Shown here: positions 1 through 12,317 of the stretch, piece after piece
Layout of the letters: each line of letters begins with the position of its first letter
How positions within the stretch are numbered: position 1 is the first letter of the stretch
Assembly (NCBI GenBank): GCA_009602725.1
Contig: WELB01000028.1
Coordinates: 836,035-900,034, forward strand
DNA length: 64,000 nucleotides
Reading direction: 5' to 3'
Source of the DNA: Spirogloea muscicola
Taxonomy: Eukaryota
Position numbers and translations under genes: made by a program
The notes under the pieces: model-generated
The model's database searches: none
The model's input: the letters and a program-made list of their open reading frames with translations, nothing else
What the model was told of the DNA's origin: nothing

Positions 1-1231
1 CCCCTCCAACCCCCTCCTTTCCCCCCTCCCTGCCTGGTGGCAGATTAGGCCCTCACATGGCCTCCTCCTTGGCTGGCAAATCTGTCCACTCTCCTGAGCT
101 TGCCTTCGCAGTCACCATCTTGCCCACCGCAACCCCCTTCATTCGAGACTGTATCCGCTGCTGACTAGTAGACAGTGCTCTTCCAGAAAGGGCGGTGGTT
201 GTGACGGGCCAGCCCAAAAAGTGTGGACATGGTGTCAGCAGGTGAGCTGCCAAATTGGAAGTTGTAAGTTATCTGCACTGTAGCTGCTATAGAACCGTAC
301 TCAGATAGTCGCAGTCAGCTCGGCTTAACATGCAGCAGGGATGAGTCAAACAGATTAGGAGCTGTTCACTGCCTATACTGACGACAAGCGAGAAGAACGT
401 TTCAAAGAGGGCGATGGCTCGTCACTGCCAACAGAGGCACTAAGCCTCTGACTTACTGATAACCAAGTGGGCAAGATAGCGCCAGTAGAGTCCCGACATG
501 GCTGTCCAAGCACCTGCTTTCACACCGTCCCTGAAGACTGGTTGGAGTGCCCGTTGGCCATAGCAGCTAGCCTTGCGCACGATGCTTGTTTAAGCTTCCC
601 GCAAAACTCTCTGTCAGTCCTCTTGGGCTGGCCGTTTGTACACAGCAGCCAAGCACCTCCTTGAGCGAGTGACTACTGAGTCAATACCATCCGTCCGGCC
701 CTCAGTCCCATCCGTCCGGCCCTCACCTGCTCAAGGTATCAGTCATGAAGTCTCTTCCAGTCTAGTGGATGCACTCGTTTGGTCAGGTGGGCGTCCTCGA
801 GCACTCTTTGAGCACGAGCACTCCTCGAGCACCCGACGTCAACATCGTGTCAACTGCTCCAGTGCTTAGTGCCACCAGCCCCACTGTCCCTCCTTGTGAA
901 GCTGCAAGCAGATACGGACGCCACCTCAGGTGCTTCCACAGCGTCTCTGATCTGCCGTCTTTCACAGCCAACGACGTCCACCTTTGCTCCACCTCTTGCT
1001 GCAGCCTCGACAAGGAGGACATGCCCATGTGGTGCAGGGCACTATACCCATCGTAGCAAGCACCCTCCTCTGTCCTCCTTGAGCTCAGACCATGTTGCCC
1101 TTGCCCTCGAGCGCAGCGAGGAGCGACCGTCGAGCAGCGGTGCTGTGAGCAGCAGCTACACATGCTGCTCCTTGGACACGATTAGTTCCAAGGAGAAGAA
1201 GAACATGCTGGGCCTGGCAATGCCGCCGCTA

Positions 1232-3858
1232 TCAGGGCGCCCCGGCTAAGAGCACGTTGATCTCGCCAATAATGTTGACCCGGCGGCCAGCATACTGTGC
1301 TGAGAGCGTGGCCTCAACCAGCTCCTTGTATTGCCGCGTCCGGCCCACTGCTGCTTCCTGTGGCAGTGACAGTACGGCATGAGGGCGTGCTATTGCTTGG
1401 CTGGCGTGAGTTTGGCAGCAGGCCAGTTAGCTGGCAACAGAGGCGGCAGAGGCAAAGGCCGCCAGTGGAAGGGACTGACGAGCTTGGGCAACGTGGTGGC
1501 GAGGGCGCCGCGGAGCTCCAGGCGCTTGGCAGCAAGGTCGTGCGCACCGCCTGCCAGCTTCGCCTGCACCTGCCGCTTCTGCTGCAGAGACCCGCAGAGC
1601 CGCTCGACGAAACTGCGAGGCAGACGGCCACCGGCAGGCGGCATACAATGTTAAATCTGGCGTCTGTCTGCCAGCCGACAGCAGTTCTCAGCAGCGCAGC
1701 CAATGGTGGCGCGTACCGACGTGAAGTTGCGACCATGATGAGGTCATGTGTCGCTGGGCGCATGAGGAGCTCCACTGCTGCCACTACGGCGGCGTCCATG
1801 GCCGCTAGCGAGTCAGCGCCGTGTTGCTGCACGGCGGGCGGCGCTGCCGCCTGCAGCTGCCCCTGCAGTGCCACATGGTCGCTGCTCTCCATCTCCGCCA
1901 GCCGCTGCCGTAGGAATGCATGCAGCTGCCATGACCGATCGAAGTGAAGTTAGAACCAATGCAGCAGTTGCCCACATTGGCGGCTGGCAGCTGGTGCAGG
2001 CAGATTCTTACCTCAAAGAGGTCGTCGAGGAGACGGCCACGGCGCTCCGCCTCCATCAGGGGACCGCCAACGGCAACCGCCGCTTCAGCAATTGTTGAGG
2101 CCCCCGGTACACTGCCATCTACACCCCAGTCAATGCCCGCCGAGCTACCTACGCCAACGCCCTCGTCTTCCCCGACATGTGCAATGTCGATGTCCCAGCT
2201 GATGCTGGCCGGCACTTCTGTGGTGGCGTCAGTCTCCTCGCTGATGTCCCACACAAGCTGCGGCGCAGCCTGCCCTGCACCTGTGCCATTGCCATAGGCG
2301 CCGTCGCCCTCGTCGCCACCTCTGCTGTCGTCAACACATGCATTCCAGTCAATCTCGAGGGGCTCCGCAGAGCCCACCTCCTCGTTGTCACCTCCAACTT
2401 CATGGGCACCGTTGTCCCACTGAATCTCCAGTGGGGCACTACCACCAGAAGCAATGAGGTCCGCGCTGTTGTCGACGACAGTCGTCAAGGTTGGGTCGCC
2501 ATCATGCAGCAGTGTGGCACTGTGGTTGCGAGGATCATCGCCTGCCTTGGGGGCCGCTGCATCAAGCCTCTCAGCAGCATCTGCAGTGCCGTCAACATGG
2601 CCAGCAAGCTCTTCGAGCGGGCGGTCCCGCAGCTCGCACAGCGTGGGAAGCACGCTTGGGGGCTCGTCCTGCTCAGTAGGCGACCAAGGTTCACATCATC
2701 GACAATTGAGAACCTTAGACACAAGAGTAAGGGTTATAGAAGGTGAGGTGCATTTCAATTACGATGTACTGTGCGCAGGGAAGTGTGTGGGAGTCAGTTG
2801 GCCAGGGGTAGAGGTAAAAGTTGATGAGACTGGAGAAAAGTGTGCGTCCAGCCTCCAACAAAAGGCAAGATATGGACTTGCAGTCTCAGAGCAGCCAATT
2901 CTCAAGCTTTGAGTTAAAGATTTTGGACACTGGAAACGATGACAAGGGGCTCGAGGCTGGAGCTTCTGGGCTGAGGCTTGGCTTGTGAGGAGATGGACAG
3001 ATCTTCAGAGGAAAAAGGGCCAGCAAAGTGACCTCTGGCCGCATGTGGGCATACTGCACGAAGGTGCGGTAGTAGCCCAGAGCCTCGCTGACGCGCTCGC
3101 CCTGCAGGGCCTCGCCAACCTGCCGGAAGACGTCCGGCAGGCGGCCGGCGAGTCCCAGAAGCTCACTCCGCGCGTCGCGTCCCTACCCGTTTGGCGCGCC
3201 AAGGATCTGCTGGCTAGTCAGCAGCGACAACGTGCATGTGTGTCTCGAGATGCTCAGCTTCTGCTGAAAGTCCTCGCTTGGCCAAAGGCTGACCTCGATG
3301 CCGAGCTGCTCGCAGGCCTGCTGGTACTTGAGCGCAGACGCGGCTGCGTTGCGCTTGTACTCCGCCTCGCGGCGGTCCAAGTCACCGAGCTGCTGCTGCA
3401 CCTTGGCCGCCTGCTTCTTCAGGTAAGGGCTGCCACGATTGCGCAGCGAGGCAGCGGCGGCGCCCCGTAAGGAGCACGGCAAAGCGCAGGGACCTCATGG
3501 ACGAGCGAGCACCAAGGGGGCTGGCTCCCGCGAGCTTCGCCGTACATCTCGTAGTTGGTGTACTGGACGAGGATCTGCGCGGCCTCGCCGAGGAAGAGGC
3601 CGTCCTTCTCGTACGCGCGCTCCAGCGCCTCCCACTCGCCCTGCCGCCGCCACCGCCGCCACCGCCACCGCAGCGTAAGGAGCGCCATTGAAGGCAGAGC
3701 CGGCGGTGGCAAGGCGAGCAGCCATGGCCCTCACCGCGGCGCCGGAGAGGTGGCCGAAGAAGGAGCGCGCCTCGGGCGCCGCCGCCACCAGGGCCTCGCG
3801 CACGCGGCGGGCCTCCAGGTAGCCCGTCGCTGCGGCGGCGACGCGGCGGCCGCCGTCA
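1232..3858 (-). CDS. CDK5RAP3: CDK5RAP3/C53-like UFMylation/ER-phagy protein (multi-exon; 5' end lost in N gap)
   Basis: Spliced exons read GEWEALERAYEKDGLFLGEAAQILVQYTNYEI-PYLKKQAAKVQQQL...YQQACEQLGIE, an acidic region with IDWN/ISWD/IDWG motifs, and C-terminal ...YAGRRVNIIGEINVLLAGAP* (stop 1232-1234). GT-AG junctions fit. Confidence 0.9.
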
Positions 3859-4603
3859 NNNNNNNNNNNNNNNNNNNNNNNNNNNNNNNNNNNNNNNNNN
3901 NNNNNNNNNNNNNNNNNNNNNNNNNNNNNNNNNNNNNNNNNNNNNNNNNNNNNNNNNNNNNNNNNNNNNNNNNNNNNNNNNNNNNNNNNNNNNNNNNNNN
4001 NNNNNNNNNNNNNNNNNNNNNNNNNNNNNNNNNNNNNNNNNNNNNNNNNNNNNNNNNNNNNNNNNNNNNNNNNNNNNNNNNNNNNNNNNNNNNNNNNNNN
4101 NNNNNNNNNNNNNNNNNNNNNNNNNNNNNNNNNNNNNNNNNNNNNNNNNNNNNNNNNNNNNNNNNNNNNNNNNNNNNNNNNNNNNNNNNNNNNNNNNNNN
4201 NNNNNNNNNNNNNNNNNNNNNNNNNNNNNNNNNNNNNNNNNNNNNNNNNNNNNNNNNNNNNNNNNNNNNNNNNNNNNNNNNNNNNNNNNNNNNNNNNNNN
4301 NNNNNNNNNNNNNNNNNNNNNNNNNNNNNNNNNNNNNNNNNNNNNNNNNNNNNNNNNNNNNNNNNNNNNNNNNNNNNNNNNNNNNNNNNNNNNNNNNNNN
4401 NNNNNNNNNNNNNNNNNNNNNNNNNNNNNNNNNNNNNNNNNNNNNNNNNNNNNNNNNNNNNNNNNNNNNNNNNNNNNNNNNNNNNNNNNNNNNNNNNNNN
4501 NNNNNNNNNNNNNNNNNNNNNNNNNNNNNNNNNNNNNNNNNNNNNNNNNNNNNNNNNNNNNNNNNNNNNNNNNNNNNNNNNNNNNNNNNNNNNNNNNNNN
4601 NNN
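3859..4603. other. Assembly gap (N run) covering the 5' ends of C53 and RBM42
   Basis: Run of n bases. Confidence 1.
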
Positions 4604-6606
4604 CCGCCGCCGCCGACGCCTCCTGCGCCGGCGGCGTACTACTCCGGGCCCCCTCCGCCGCACCTGGCGGCGGCGGCGCCGTTCCCGGCCTCGTCGGCGG
4701 CGGCCGCGTCGGCTCCGTACTCTGGTCCCTATGCGGCGCCGTACCCGCCACAGTTCCCCGCGCACATGGCCCGAGGCGGCGGCGCGGCGGCGGACCTCTA
4801 CAACCCGCAGCACAAGGTACCTCCCACTAACTGTCTCTTATCCCACTGTTAAGCTCAAGTAACTGACCGTTAGAGGTTGTGGTGTTGTATCCTGATGGCT
4901 CTAGCCTTAAGCCTTTAGATGGGGTTTGGCCCCACTTGCTATAAAATCCCTGGCTGCTCGTGGGTCCTGGCTGACGTTCGAAGGCGGGTGTTGGCAACGG
5001 GGCGACCGAGCGCAGCAAGCGGCGGCGCTGTTCCAGAAGGACGCGCTGGCCATCACGCCCGAGGCGCTGGAGAGCGTCAAGAAGGCGCTGGCGAGCGGCG
5101 ACGGCGGGGGGCCCCGCGGCGACGTCAAGCGCAAGGCCCTGCCGCGCAAGGCCGCCGGCCAGTCCTGGGAGGACCCCACGCTCGCCGACTGGCCCGAGAG
5201 TAGTCTCCCCNCCCCCCCCCCCCACCCTCCCCATCCCTCTCCTCCAGGCCTCAGGCACAAGGCTCGCCTGTGCTGAGCCTCGTCCAGTGCCCGTCAGCAA
5301 CCAGAAGGGCTGCAACTGAGACCTGTTTGCGACAGAGAATTCATTAATCAATCTGCACAGGGCTGTATCGTGTAGACCTGTTGAGCAATGCCCGGCCTGA
5401 CGTTTGCTCAGCTACGTGGAATGTCACGTTGTTTTGGGCAAAGTCCTACCGCTGTCTGCCATGCAGCACTGCAGCTCAAACACCACTAGCTCCTCTGTGG
5501 CGAACGCAGACGATCACCGGCTCTTCTGCGGAGACCTGGGAAACGAGGTCAATGACGAGGTTCTGACCAAGGCGTTCGCCAAGTTTGCCACCTTCAACAT
5601 GGCGAGGGTGAGCGCAGCGACCACGCAACCCCTTCCCTCCACCACCCTTCCTACCAATTTCCATTCATTACGGCGCACTTCCCAGCTGCTGTGTGTGTTG
5701 AGCCACCTTTTGGATCCTGAAGCACGCAGCATGCTCCTGGCGGCGACGGCAGGTAGTGCGGGACAAGCGCACGGGCAAGACCCGGGGCTACGGCTTTGCG
5801 AGCTTTTCAAGCCCCGTTGACCTTGCCGACGCCCTCAAAGAGATGAATGGTGGGTAGCCTGCCACTGCTCTCCTGCAAAATGGGTTTACAAACTTGCAAC
5901 TTGAGACACGCATATGTTGCAGACTTTCCAGTTTCTCACTTGTGGATGGCATGCACGCTGCCATCTCTTGGGTGTGCTGGCAACGTCACAGGCAAGTATG
6001 TAGGCAACCGCCCAATCAAGCTCAGGAAGAGCACATGGCAGGAGAGGAATGACCAGGAAGCCCTTCAGCGGCAGCTCAAGGTGCGGGCCTATGTCCACTC
6101 AACTAACGTATGTGTCGCATGCAGACTTCTCTTTCATCCAGGCCTATTGCAAAAAGGCTTGGTGCCAGAATTTTTCAATAGTGCAGCACAGTCACTGGCA
6201 TGCCACTCTGCATTGAACACATTGCATGCTATTGACACATCTTTTGAGTCATTGATAACACACATATGTGTATGCAAGTTAGCATCTCTTTCTTGTGAGA
6301 TTGTTGTGAGAGCTCGCATCAGGGCTTGCGTCTTCCTCTCATTTACGCATAATAGGATGTGAAGAGCTCGGTATCATTGGATCAGGAGTTTCTGTCAGCA
6401 CTTACTTCGTCTGATGACCAGCACATGGCATTAGAGAGTCTAACCGTCTTCAGACTCCTGTTCAGGACCTTAACAGGGGTTCTGTTTGCTAAGGTCCTGT
6501 TTGCTGTCACTGGTGTGCGTCTCTGATTGGCTTCCATCTGTTTTGAGCTGCTTCGCAGAAAGCTAAGCGATTAAAAGGAAAGCAGAAGCAGATTCTGCAC
6601 AGCTAA
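4604..6606 (+). CDS. RBM42: RBM42-like RRM protein (multi-exon; 5' end in gap)
   Basis: Exons: RKAAGQSWEDPTLADWPE-NDHRLFCGDLGNEVNDEVLTKAFAKF..., VRDKRTGKTRGYGF...LKEMN-GKYVGNRPIKLRKSTW; last exon KAKRLKGKQKQILHS* ends at 6606. Confidence 0.9.
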
Positions 6607-7574
6607 GGGCACGGGGCATGCTCGTTGGGCTCTGCGCAGGCTTCACATCACGCTGACGCTCTGCACTTCATGACGTGCGTCATAGCATCTTCCTTCCTCG
6701 GGCATTGGCTGAGGTCTTATTTGCTTGCGTAGTGATTGTTGTGACAAGAAGTGACGGTGTAATGCAATTATGCCTTGCACAGTTGGCGACCTGCGAGGAG
6801 AGGTGCAATCAAGCAGCAGTCACAGCTTATGGCCCCCTGACATGTACAGATCATTCTTTCATGGTGCATAATACAGAGTACAATTTTCTCCTTATCTGGC
6901 AACTCCTCACTGTTATTGCTTATATTAAGAGACGACCCTAGGCAACAGCTTTTATGTCTTAAGATTCTCTTTCTAGCACCATCTACCCACCAGCTACAGC
7001 ATATTTGCGAGTGAAATTCTAGGTAACAGCTTCTTTGCTGCTGTTAAATATGTACATTGCAGTACGAATTTGGATGCTGCGTGCTGGGGCGTTCCGACTC
7101 TAATTGATACTGTAGCGTGCAAGCCCTGACAACAGATTAATCAAACAGTATGGCTAAGGTCACCGATTTTAAACAAGTGTTATGGGGCCACCCAGGTTAG
7201 GTATTGCTTTGTCTGCAATCTGCGGGGTACCCTCGGGTGCGCAAGCCCTTTGTTTCCTGAGAATGCTGCATAGGCAAGTAGCACGAATTGTTATAGGACT
7301 GATAAGTAATACGCTGTCAGACCTGAGCAGCATATGGACGACTGGTCAGGAAGCAATTGATGTATCAAAAGAACAGCATGGCGCAAGACAGGACCAAGTT
7401 GGCAGATCAGCTGTGTTGATATTAAAAGGCATGGTGCATTGCGTGCTCAAGCAATGGGGTGCAGATTGCACTTCAAGAACATTATGGTACACAGTGTCAT
7501 GTGGCTATCAATGTTATGTACCTGGCTAAAGAGGTCCCAAACAGTACCCTTGCTGTATTGAGTCAAACAGCTAC

Positions 7575-9936
7575 TCAGTCGCTGTTGACCTTGTCTATCT
7601 TGTCTGCCAGGTGTGGGCTACTAAGATTTGCCTCGTCTACAAGCGCATGATTCTCCCCTCTCGCTGCAAGCAGCCATGTTTGCAGCGGAGCTTGCCTGCG
7701 CAGTAAACGCCAAGCTTCATCAGGAAGACAAAGCCCAGATATTCGCATGTACAAAGCGTGAACTACAGGTTGAGGACACAGCACTTGGGTGGTCATTCTG
7801 AAAAAGGGAGACCCTGCTAGTGCGACTACTTCTAGTTTACCATCGCAACAGAGCCTGCTAAATCTGAGATCCCTAGCAAAATATGTCACTGGGGTCACGA
7901 AGCTGCATCTCCTTGTGCTAAATTTAGAATATGGGTGCGCATCTGCAACAGAGCTGCAAGGTGCAGTTACTCATCACCTGTCTGTCACAGGAGCTCTTTG
8001 TGCAAGCATGTACAACACACACACAGGAACCAGGGCTGCCAGGAGGTGTTTCAAAGTGTGCCCGCTAATCAAAAAGTGAGTGAGCCTGTATATCTTGCGA
8101 TCGAAGAGCTCTCCTAGCTTTGCCAGAACGTACCAACCTGCACATTGCTAGGAGCAAAAGACTGGTCAAAAGGTGCGTTCATGGCTGGCAGTGCACCCGA
8201 TATAAGTGTCTGACAGCAGAGGAGACGACCCCTCGTACACACCTGCAGTAATGAGCGTAGCAAGCTGCAACTGCAGGTCACACAAGCTTCACAAGCTGCA
8301 GCTACCCAGGCCGCAGCTTGCTGCAAGAGTGGCCATCTCATCGCAAATTTACAGGAGCAAGATAATAGTGCTACTGGCAAGTGGGAGTCACCAGCTGCCC
8401 ACAGCCAGAAAACGGAGTGGGAGTACTTGTGAGGCAGACACAGGATAAGAGTGGGAACAGACACAACGGGCACAAACTGCACCAGGAGATATGGCCTGAG
8501 GTCATCAGTCAGCCTGCAGGGAGCATGGGGAGCGAGGCTCAGACAGGTGCTGCAACCGAGCCGCACAGTGTTTCTGTAGGAAGAGAACTCCTGCATTGAC
8601 AAGACAATGAGCAACTCCTCTTCTGAGGGCAGAAATGCTTGACCTGAAGTGTTGTTCTTATCAGGATAGGCAAGCACCTCCAGTAGAGCACTGACAATGC
8701 TCCAAACCCAACCAGCGGCAAGAGGCTCATAGTCCCATGGTGCTCATGAACTCGCTCTATGATGCAGATAGCCATCACAGACGTGAATGCAATTGTCATC
8801 TGCAGGGCAAATGCAGGCAAAGAGTTCAATGGTAGGATGAAGTTATGGAAGATGCACTGGTCTTGCCAATCTACTCGTTTCAAAGAAGCCACAAGGAGTT
8901 GCTCTGCTACCACCAGATGCACAACTTGTGCTCTCGCTTACCTAGTTTGAGACTGCACCAGCATGCAAGGGTCAAAAGGCTTGAAGTTGTACTTACAGGG
9001 AGACGGTCCCAAACCAGTCGAGCATCATTCGGATGGAGATGGTAGTAGGTAGAGCCGAATGCAACGGCCAAGATGCCGATGAAGAACGTGAACCAGGACC
9101 ACCTCTCTCCTTTTGAGCTGGAAGAAGTAACATCGCCGTGTTAAGACAAGCAACGTGCCTTCTTAGTGAAAAGTTGGAAGCTACGGGGATTGATTATGCC
9201 GGTGGAGCGGGCCGCTTGTAAGCTCAGTAGTTGGACCGACACAGGGAAACGCCTTCAAACTTGAGCTCTGGACCACAACTTACACACGAGCTCCCCATGT
9301 CATTCTCTCTTGACTTCAAGCTGACAACACAATCCCCAATCAAGCCACAACACGAAAGCCACTCTAGGGCCTGCCTGCGAGACAGGTGAGCGTCTGCAGT
9401 GAGGCCCCTAGCCGGAGCTGCTGCGCTCCGAAAGGCTCAGTGTCCTGGCCTGAGCCCGACAGCAACCGGAGTCAACTTCGGGTTTCAGGCCACGAGTGCC
9501 TGCACGTGCACGATGGGTAGAGAATGGTGCAGCCTCATGGACCTGATGTTAAGCGAGCCGCCAATGGAGCAGAGGGCGGCGCCGATGGAGCCGACCACCA
9601 GGAAGGGGAGGTTGGACAGCACGTTCAGCGTGTTGGGGATGTCTGCAGAAGGAGGCCAGCGCAGCCCAGTGGGTACGCGGCCAAGAGTGCGCGGAGGAGT
9701 GGGAGCTGAGCCAGAGAGCTTCATCCAGGGTTTAAGAATTCTAGGGTTTGAGGCTTGCTTTCAGAATTGGGGTTTGAGTTGAAGGATTTTCAGGTCTTAG
9801 GGTCTGGAGGAGCGCGGACAGGGGACGAGCGTGCGGCGGTCGGCGAAGGTGTGGTACGACTGCGGCTGGCGCACGCGCGGCGTCGCGGCCAGCAGCGCCG
9901 CCAACCCCAGCACCGCCGCCGTCGCCGCCGCCNCAT
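7575..9936 (-). CDS. SAG18-like / alkaline phytoceramidase-family (CREST) multi-pass membrane protein
   Basis: Exons: QPQSYHTFADRRTL, IPNTLNVLSNLPFLVVG, FGSTYYHLHPNDARLVWDRLP-MTIAFTS, DDLRPYLLVQFVP, ISGHTLKHLLAA. These carry the SxxxH and HxxxH motifs of the family. The start sits at a single-N join. Confidence 0.85.
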
Positions 9937-10134
9937 CGAGCGGTCCAGACGAGCGCTGCAGGGCAGCTGGACGGTCTGGATAGGACCTAGAGGGGACGTC
10001 CCGTCGGCGATTCGTATCCGGGACTTTTCGGACGAGGAGTACCAACGGGGGGCGGCGGCGGCGGCGGCGGCGGCGGAGGCGGCGGCTGAGGGGGCGGCGG
10101 GGGTGTGAGCCTGGCTGGCCGGGCTGCGGCCGCG

Positions 10135-12317
10135 ATGTTCCGGCCGAAGTTCCGGGGCGCGCAGTGGTGCGGCGGCGTGGCGGCTATGCATCGAACCCCC
10201 GCCCTCTCGGCGGCAGCAGGGACGTGGCTTCGCAGTTTGCGGGTCAATGTGATTCAAATTCCGATGCCGGTCCCGCTTGTGCAGCAAGACGCTGATGAAG
10301 CTCGCGGTGTCGCGCATCAACCTGCTGCGCAACAAGCGGGAGCTGCGGCTCCAGCAGATGCGCCAGGAGATCGCCAAGCTCCTCCGGTCCGGCCGAGAGC
10401 CGAGCGCCCGCATCAGGGTACTTGCAGATTCCAAGAAGCTGTGAACTCACTCGCCTCGTTCTGCAAGCCTCCGGCGGCTGGCGCCGCTGACAGGCGTGAT
10501 CACTGCTCATGTCATCATTCTTTCGTTTCTCTTTCGTTTTATCACATCTTGGCAAACATAAAGTGAAAGTCGTTTGGGAGTCATTTAGAGATACTGCAGC
10601 CTTGAAGGTGCCGCTTTCTGCTTCACTTCTTTAGACTGCTCAAGCTTCGCCGCTTGCAGGTCGAGCACATCATCAGGGAGCAGAACATAGTGGCAGCATA
10701 CGACGTTCTCGAGCTCTTCTGTGAGCGCATTGTCGTCCGGTTGCCCATCATCGAGTCGCAGAGGTAGGCTTTCGGAAAAGCTTCCGCATCTCAGATGGGC
10801 TCAGCCATGCATCTTCTGGTGTCCAAATAAGACGAGCGGCAATGAAAGCTCGGGCTAAGTCTTATGCTGCTGGTTGACCAGTGGTCTTCAACCGCATATC
10901 TTCTGTTCGAATCCCTGTAATGCTGACGCTTATCATGGTTAACGGCACTCATGTGGCGCTCTGCTACCTCAGAGAACTAGTCTATGGAACTGCTAATCCT
11001 GACTAGCATCTACCGGTGGCAGGGAGTGTCCCGTGGACCTTGTGGAGGCAGTGTCCAGCCTTCTATATGCAGCACCACAATCCGCTGACATACCTGAGCT
11101 GCTTCAAGCCCAGCTACTGTTCCAAGCAAAGTATGGGAAGGAGTTTGTAGCCTCCGCTGTGGAGCTCCGGCCTGGCTGTCGTGTCAATAGGCGGGTAAGT
11201 GACTGCCAACCTGCACGAAGCTGACTCCAAAACTTACATCTCTTTCTCTTGCTCCACTGACACAAGATCCCAACTAGGGACGAACCTTTCAGATGCACTT
11301 ACTGGCAACCGCTGTCTAGTCCTGCACGAAATCAATGAGCGCCGCATGCTACTGTAAGAATCCTAGGCCCTACGCTGACTTGATACGAGAAGGTATGCAG
11401 GTTATTGAGAAGCTGTCCATCAAAGCTCCTGCTGGCCAAGAGAAGCAGAAGCTCTTGCAGGAGATAGCAAGTGAACATGGCATTGAATGGGAGATTAGTC
11501 CTGCTGAGGAGGAGCACCTTCAACCTGAGGATTTGCTGGTGTGCACCAACTCATACCAAAGCCTGGCTCAGGGTCCTTCTCAAGAGCTTATTCGTGTTTC
11601 TGGCAGTGCTGTATCTGTGTTTGACAAAGCCAGTAGCCTCTACCAAGGCTAACATGCAGGAACCGTAGCTTCTACAGGAAGAAGCTTGAGACGTCATATC
11701 TCTTTTCCTCTTCTGTGCAGGTTGTGTCTCACTTGATAGGGCAGCACGAATTACCCTTGACTGTCAATCCCGATGAGTTACCAATTGGACAGCAACAGGC
11801 TAGCGCGCCGGCTACATCCCAGTCCCAAATGGTGCACTGTATGTGCGTGTCATCCACCACATTGTGCGACGGCTCAGAGATGCACAAAGGTGGCCAGCAG
11901 CACATACGCTCCATAGCCGTCCATATCGCCGTATCCAGCCATGGAGGCATACCCTGTATGACCAAGGCTGTAGGCGCCCAAAGCCCCACCGTAGCCGCCA
12001 GCGCCACCGTAAACGCTGCCTGGCCCGTAGCTGCCACCATACCCTCCACCATATGCGCTGCCATACGAAGAGTCCATGCCGCCGTAGCTACCTGCACCTC
12101 CATAGCTGGCCCGGTAGCCACCATCCCTGCCACCACCCGTCCTATAGCTCCCGTAACCAGCCATGCCGTAACCGTCCGAGTAGCCTCCACCATATCCGCC
12201 ACCCCCATAGTGGCCACCACCAGTGCCACCACCGCCACTGCCGCCACCGCCACCGCCGCCTCCGTAGCCACCCCGGCTGCTATACCCGCTGCGCTCCAAT
12301 GCGGGGCCCCCATCTGA
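10135..12317 (+). CDS. IST1-like regulator of Vps4 (ESCRT-III); 3' end uncertain
   Basis: MFRPKFRGAQ-CKTLMKLAVSRINLLRNKRE...ARIR-VEHIIREQNIVAAYDVLELFCE...ECPVDLVEAVSSLLYAAP...KYGKEF...VIEKLS. This is a clear Ist1 domain with GT-AG introns. Confidence 0.88.

Noticed and set aside
688..725. Two tandem copies of ccatccgtccggccctca
   Set aside because: A simple short tandem duplication with no further structure.
3495..4862. Long ORFs spanning N runs (also 19116-20624 upstream part)
   Set aside because: Artefacts of translating through gaps.
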